A stretch of DNA of 37,428 bases from NCBI GenBank assembly GCA_038087875.1, contig JAXLNO010000345.1, positions 1 to 37,428 of the forward strand. The letters run 5' to 3'. The notes under the pieces were generated by a model. That model had not been told where the DNA came from, did no database searches, and was given only the letters and a program-made list of their open reading frames with translations. The stretch is from Malacoraja senta. Lineage: Eukaryota. Made by a program: the position numbers and the translations under genes. Of this stretch, positions 32,668 to 37,428 are shown in pieces. The number at the start of each line of letters is the position of its first letter. Position 1 is the first letter of the stretch.

Positions 32668-33226
32668 AGAGAGGAGAGAGAGAGAGAGAGAAAGGGAGAG
32701 AGGCGGGGGGGAGAGATAGAGAGAGAGAGCGAGAGGGAGGGGAGGGGAGAGGGAGGGAGGGGGAAGAGAGAGGATGAGGGAGAAAGTACGATGGTTTCAA
32801 GAAATGTCCATGCTTTCACTTCCCTCTCCCTCTCCCTCTCTCTCTCTCTCTCTCCCTCCTTCTCTCTCCATTCCCTTAACTTTAACTGTGTGTATGAGAG
32901 AGTTTTGAGTGTGTGAATATGTGTGTGAGAGAGAGAGAGAGACAGAGGGAGGGGGGTAGAGAGACAGAGAGAGAGAGGGAGGGGGAGATGAACAGAGGGC
33001 GGAGAGAGAGAGAGGGAGAGTGGAATAGACATTAGGCAATAGACAACCGGTGCAAGAGGAGACCATTCAGCCCTTCGAGCCAGCACCGCCATTCAATGTG
33101 ATCATGGCTGATCATCCACAATCAGTATTGTTAAAGAAGGAACTGCAGATGCTGGAAAATCGAAGGTACACAAAAATGCTGGAGAAACTCAGCGGGTGCA
33201 GCAGCATCTATGGAGCGAAGGAAATA

Positions 33227-33260
33227 GGTAACGTTTCGGGCCGAAACCCTTCTTCAGACT
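33227..33260 (-). ncRNA. Minimal hammerhead ribozyme core in the Penelope 3' terminal repeat
   Basis: CUGAAGA-A-GGGU(UUCG)GCCC-GAAAC-GUU; stem I is weak. Confidence 0.7.
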
Positions 33261-33373
33261 GATAGGGGGTGGGGAGAAGAAAGGAAAAAAGGAAAAGGAG
33301 GAGGAGGAGCCCGAGGGCTGGGGGAGGGGAGGAGACAACCAGATGGCTGATGAAGGGGAGGGGACAGCCAGGG

Positions 33374-36049
33374 CTAGCAGAATTGGGAGAATTCAACATT
33401 CAGGCCACCAGGATGTAGACTGCCCAAGCGGAATATGAGGTGCATTTCCTCCAATTTACGGTGTTGCTCGCTGTGGCCATGGAGGAGACCCAGGACAGAG
33501 AGGTCAGATACGGAATGGGAGGGGGAGTTGAAGTGCTGAGCCACCGGGAGTTCAGGTTGGTTATTGCGGACCGACCGGAGGTGTTCGGCGAAACGATCGC
33601 CAAGCCTCCGCTTGGTCTCACCGATGTAGATCAGCTGGCATCTAGAGCAGCGAATGCAATAGATGAGGTTGGAGGAGATGCAGGTGAACCTCTGTCGCAC
33701 CTGGAACGACTGCTTGGGTCCTGGAATGGAGTGGAGGGGGGAAGTGAAGGGACAAGTGTTGCATCTCTTGCGGTTGCAAGGGAAAGTACCAGGGGAGGGG
33801 GTGGTATGGGAGGGAAGGGAAGAATTGACAAGGGAGTTACGGAGGGAGCGGTCTTTGCGGAAGGCAGACATAGGGGGAGATGGGAAGATGTGGCGAGTGG
33901 TGGGGTCACGTTGGAGGTGGCGAAACTGACGGAGGATCACTTGTTGTATGTGACGGCTGGTGGGGTGAAAGGTGAGGACTAGGGGGACTCTGCCTTTGTT
34001 GTGAGTGGGGGGATGGGGAGAGAGAGCAGTGTTGCGGGGTATGGCAGAGACCCTGGTGCGAGCCTCATCTATGGTGGAGGAGGGGAACCCCCGTTCCCTG
34101 AAGAATGAGGACATTTCAGATGCCCTGGTGTGGAACGCCTCATCCTGGGAGCAGATGCGGCGTAGACGGAGGAATTGGGAGTGGGGGATGGAGTCCTTAC
34201 AGGAAGCAGGGTGGGAAGAAGTGTAGTCCAGATAGCCATGGGAGTCGGTAGGTTTGTAGTGGATGTCGGTAAGGAGTCTATCACCTGCGATGGAGATAGT
34301 GAGGTCAAGGAATGGTAGGGAAGTGTCGGAAATGGTCCAGGTGTATTTGAGTGCCGGATGGAAGTTGGTGGTGAAGCGGATGAAGTCAGTCAGTTGTGTG
34401 TGGGTGCAGGATGTGGCACCAAAACAATCATCGATGTAGCGGAGGTAGAGGTCGGGGATGGGGCCCTGGTACGCATTGAACAGGGATTGTTCTACGTACC
34501 CGACAAAGAGGCAGGCGTAGCTGGGGCCCATGCGTGTGCCCATAGCTACGCCTTGTATTTGGAGGAAATGGGAGGAGTCAAATGAAAAGTTATTAAGTGT
34601 AAGTACCAGCTCCGCTAGGCGGAGGAGGGTGTCAGTGGCCGGGTATAGATTGCTTCTACGGTCGAGGAAAAAACGGAGGGCTTTGAGACCATCCTGGTGG
34701 GGGATGGAGGTGTACAGTGACTGGACGTCCATGGTGAAGATGAGGGGGTGAGGGCCTAGAGAGTGGAATGCGCGGAGATGACGGAGAGTGTCTGAGGTGT
34801 CTTGAACATAGGTGGGGAGGGATTTAACCAAGGGGGATAGTATGGAGTCGAGGTAGGTGGAGATGAGTTCGGTGGGGCAAGAACAGGCAGAGACAATGGG
34901 TCTACCGGGACAGTCAGGTTTGTGGATTTTGGGGAGAAGGTAAAAGCGGGCTGTGCGGGGCTGGGGAACGATGAGGTTGGAGGCTCGTTCGGGCAGGGCA
35001 TGGGAGTGGATGAAGTTGGTGATGGTGCTGGAGATGGTGGCCTGGTGCTCGTCAGTGGGGTCATGGTCCAGGGGTAAGTAGGAAGAGGTGTCCGATAGTT
35101 GGCGCGTGGCCTCAGCTTTGTAGAGGTCGACGCGCCAGACTACCACGGCACCTCCCTTGTCGGCGGGTTTGATAACCCAATCTAGGTTGTTGCGGAGTGA
35201 GTCGATGGCAGTGCGTTCAAGGGGGGAGAGATTGGAGTGAGACAGGGGAGTGGAGAAGTTGAGGCGGTGGATGTCACGGCGGCAGTTTTTAATAAAGAGT
35301 TCTAAAGCCGGAAGGCTGCGAGGGGGGTTCCATGAGGATGGGGTGCGTTGGAGACGGGAAAAGGGGTCATCAGTGGGGAGCGAGGACTGCTTCCCATGGA
35401 AGTGAGCTGTGAGGCGGAGGCGACGGTAGAAGCGTTCCAAGTCATGGAGGGCACGGAACTCATTGAGATGGGGACGGAGGGGGACAAAGGTAAGACCTCT
35501 GCTGAGGACAGACCGTTCGATGTCGGAGAGGGGGAGGTCGGGGGGGATGGTGAACACCCAGCAGGGATGGGGGTTGGGGCCGGAGGAAGGCAGGTGGGTG
35601 TAATGGGGACGAGGCGATGTGTGGTGGGGGGGTGGTGGGTGGTCAGGGGGTGGGGGGGTGAGAGGGCAGTGGTGTGGGTGTGGAAGAGAAGTGGAACTGC
35701 CACTGAGATAACCAGGGCAAGGCAGACTAGCGCTAGGACCCAGTGGAGTCAAACCCAGGAGAGTGGGAGTGAACAGCGTGGAGGCTTCAGGCCCAGTACA
35801 GAGTCCAGTTTGCAGGTAAGGCGACGGCTGCGGGCTGCTGGAGGGAGGTGCGGTGGCGAGGGTCAGCGGACCCGACAGTCGGGGTCCGTGGGCAGTGTAG
35901 TCGTGGTCGGTGGGGCTGGAGGGCGTTGCAGTGGCGAGGGTCGGCGGACCCGATGGTCGGGGTAGGTGGGCAGTAGAGTCGGGGTCCACGGGCGATGCGT
36001 GGGAGGTCCCGGTAGGCGGATGGTCGGTGGGGCGGCGCGGTTCGACCAT
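33374..36049 (-). CDS. Penelope RT plus GIY-YIG endonuclease (891 aa from ATG 36049; frame open to 36130)
   Basis: IKPADKG, MDVQSLYT, QGVAMG, YLRYIDD; Cys linker CNRKRCNTC; NLIY..C..C...YIGET..R..EH, HF...H, GLN. Confidence 0.93.
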   Translation of the reverse strand: MVEPRRPTDHPPTGTSHASPVDPDSTAHLPRPSGPPTLATATPSSPTDHDYTAHGPRLSGPLTLATAPPSSSPQPSPYLQTGLCTGPEASTLFTPTLLGLTPLGPSASLPCPGYLSGSSTSLPHPHHCPLTPPPPDHPPPPHHTSPRPHYTHLPSSGPNPHPCWVFTIPPDLPLSDIERSVLSRGLTFVPLRPHLNEFRALHDLERFYRRLRLTAHFHGKQSSLPTDDPFSRLQRTPSSWNPPRSLPALELFIKNCRRDIHRLNFSTPLSHSNLSPLERTAIDSLRNNLDWVIKPADKGGAVVVWRVDLYKAEATRQLSDTSSYLPLDHDPTDEHQATISSTITNFIHSHALPERASNLIVPQPRTARFYLLPKIHKPDCPGRPIVSACSCPTELISTYLDSILSPLVKSLPTYVQDTSDTLRHLRAFHSLGPHPLIFTMDVQSLYTSIPHQDGLKALRFFLDRRSNLYPATDTLLRLAELVLTLNNFSFDSSHFLQIQGVAMGTRMGPSYACLFVGYVEQSLFNAYQGPIPDLYLRYIDDCFGATSCTHTQLTDFIRFTTNFHPALKYTWTISDTSLPFLDLTISIAGDRLLTDIHYKPTDSHGYLDYTSSHPASCKDSIPHSQFLRLRRICSQDEAFHTRASEMSSFFRERGFPSSTIDEARTRVSAIPRNTALSPHPPTHNKGRVPLVLTFHPTSRHIQQVILRQFRHLQRDPTTRHIFPSPPMSAFRKDRSLRNSLVNSSLPSHTTPSPGTFPCNRKRCNTCPFTSPLHSIPGPKQSFQVRQRFTCISSNLIYCIRCSRCQLIYIGETKRRLGDRFAEHLRSVRNNQPELPVAQHFNSPSHSVSDLSVLGLLHGHSEQHRKLEEMHLIFRLGSLHPGGLNVEFSQFC

Positions 36050-36138
36050 CAGCCATCTGGTTGTCTCCTCCCCTCCCCCAGCCCTCGGGCTCCTCCTCCT
36101 CCTTTTCCTTTTTTCCTTTCTTCTCCCCACCCCCTATC

Positions 36139-36172
36139 AGTCTGAAGAAGGGTTTCGGCCCGAAACGTTACC
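36139..36172 (+). ncRNA. Minimal hammerhead ribozyme core in the inverted terminal copy
   Basis: CTGAAGA at 36142-36148, UUCG-capped stem II, GAAACGTT at 36162-36169. Confidence 0.7.
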
Positions 36173-36350
36173 TATTTCCTTCGCTCCATAGATGCTGCTG
36201 CACCCGCTGAGTTTCTCCAGCATTTTTGTGTACCTTCCACAATCAGTACCCCGTTCCTGCCTTCTCTCCATATCCCCTGACTTTAAGAGACCTATCTAGC
36301 TCCCACTTGAAAGAGAGCTAGATACTGTTGAGAGAGAGGGGAGGAGAGAG

Positions 36351-36398
<48 letters not shown>

Positions 36399-36405
36399 AG
36401 GGAGG

Positions 36406-36446
<41 letters not shown>

Positions 36447-36480
36447 TGTAATGAGGTTTACAAGATGATTAGTTGAGTTT

Positions 36481-36647
36481 ACTGGACATTATCTTGCACT
36501 AAACGTTATTCCCTTTATCCTGTATCTGTCCACTGTGGATGGTTGGATTGTAATCATGTCCAGTCTTCCCGTTGACTGGAGATCCCACAACAAGAAGGCT
36601 TTTCACTGTACCTCGCTACACGGGACAATAAACTACACTCAACTCAA
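36481..36647 (+). mobile_element. LINE/SINE 3'-end fragment (Rex/L2-type tail)
   Basis: ...GCTTTTCACTGTACCTCG..ACAC.GACAATAAAC followed by an (ACTCA)n-like tail. Confidence 0.55.
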
Positions 36648-36666
36648 ATGCTCGATTTTGATTTAG

Positions 36667-36779
36667 GAAATGTCAACAGAGTGGAACAAACGTACACGTG
36701 TGGAGATTCAGTCGTTCCAACTCTAGCGATAAACGTGACTTTAAAACATTGTGGAAAACCTTCTCATGCGTCTGTTAAC
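36667..36779 (+). CDS. Putative second coding exon (GNVNRVEQTYTCGDSVVPTLAINVTLKHCGKPSHASVN)
   Basis: TTTTGATTTAG| acceptor and |GTAAGT donor; 113 nt, open in the phase-1 frame required by exon 1; N-V-T sequon and two Cys. Confidence 0.6.
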
Positions 36780-36828
36780 GTAAGTGTTTTGTGAGAGAGA
36801 AGGGGAGAGAGGGAGAAGGTGAGAGAGA

Positions 36829-36880
<52 letters not shown>

Positions 36881-36981
36881 GGGGGAGAGAGAGAGAAGGG
36901 GAGGGAGAGGGGGGGGAGAGAGGGGAGAGAGGGGAATTGTGGGTGTGGAGAAAACTGATAGTGTTGCCTCTCCCTCCTCTA

Positions 36982-37035
36982 GTGATCGGGACGTTTGAAA
37001 CTCACGTGATCGGGGCGTTTGAAATTCCCGTGATC
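36982..37035 (+). repeat. ~21-24-bp tandem repeat x3 (GTGATCGGGGCGTTTGAAACTC)
   Basis: Three units here, versus one unit at 23521-23545. Confidence 0.8.
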
Positions 37036-37132
37036 GGGGTGTTTGAAACTCCTGTGACGCCGTTTTTGGCGGGAGCCTTCCCCCCGCGCGACCATCGGTT
37101 TAAACCGCCGCTCGGACCCACGTGGGAGACGG

Positions 37133-37282
37133 GGAACCGGCCAATGGGAGGCTGTTGCCGGGCAGATCTCGGGGCTCGGACCCGCAGGAACCGGCCAATG
37201 GGAGGCTGTTGCCGGGCATATCTCGGTGCTCGGACCCGCAGGAACTGGCCAATGGGAGGCTGTTGCCGGGCAGATCTCGGCA
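37133..37282 (+). repeat. 54-bp CCAAT tandem repeat (~3 units), followed by the A/C-rich satellite to the window end
   Basis: Same unit and flanks as 23625-23826. Confidence 0.9.
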
Positions 37283-37428
37283 TCCGGCTCCCTCAACAAC
37301 CCTCAAAAACCCCCCTCATAATTGCTCAAAAAAACATTAAAACAGCTTAAAACTCCCTCAAAACCGCCCAAAACTGCTCAGAAACCTTTAAAACTGGTCA
37401 CAAAACCCCTCAAAACTGCTAAACAAAA

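Larger units (their letters stand above)
33128..36237 (-). mobile_element. Young Penelope-like element (Neptune-type) with inverted terminal copy and TSD
   Basis: 191-bp inverted repeat 33162-33352 / 36047-36237; TSD (TC)CACAATCAGTA at 33115-33127 and 36236-36248; uninterrupted ORF. Confidence 0.95.
33029..36313 (-). mobile_element. Short CR1 3'-end fragment split by the Penelope insertion (33029-33127 and 36238-36313)
   Basis: CCCTTCGAGCCAGCACCGCCATTCAATGTGATCATGGCTGATCATCC continues as CAATCAGTACCCCGTTCCTGCCTTCTC, as in 16965-17045. Confidence 0.8.

Noticed and set aside
32448..33092. 214-aa ORF with LKLSKTFQNF repeats; GAAAGT repeats as ISREs
   Set aside because: Product of a 10-bp minisatellite and (GA)n; the GAAA spacing does not match GAAANNGAAA.
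32378..36779. Naming the gene as nicastrin, NPC2/MD-2 or gp130
   Set aside because: Only superficial Cys/N-x-T similarity; conserved residues and exon sizes do not fit, so no symbol was assigned.

Overview
Repeat-saturated eukaryotic genomic DNA. The CR1/HER1-type LINEs, hammerhead-bearing Penelope termini and Rex/Babar LINEs suggest a cartilaginous fish, probably a skate or ray (inference, no database search). Contents: two decayed minus-strand Ty3/Gypsy LTR retrotransposons with CsRn1-lineage hallmarks (tRNA-Trp PBS, CHCC Gag motif, GGGAAAY -1 frameshift site); two Rex1/Babar LINEs; four large CR1 copies plus fragments; two L1 3' ends; a split Tc1; two copies of a ~1 kb non-autonomous DNA transposon; and several Penelope-like elements. 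One Penelope is young and apparently intact: 891-918 aa RT plus GIY-YIG ORF, a 191-bp inverted terminal copy, a TSD and hammerhead cores on both strands. It lies in intron 1 of the only host gene I can support: a + strand gene with a signal-peptide exon (32378-32456) and a phase-compatible second exon (36667-36779) whose product I cannot name. The start of its intron 2 carries a 54-bp CCAAT/RFX-like tandem array, duplicated 13 kb upstream behind an orphan splice donor. No prokaryotic features, rRNA, tRNA genes or CRISPR arrays were found.
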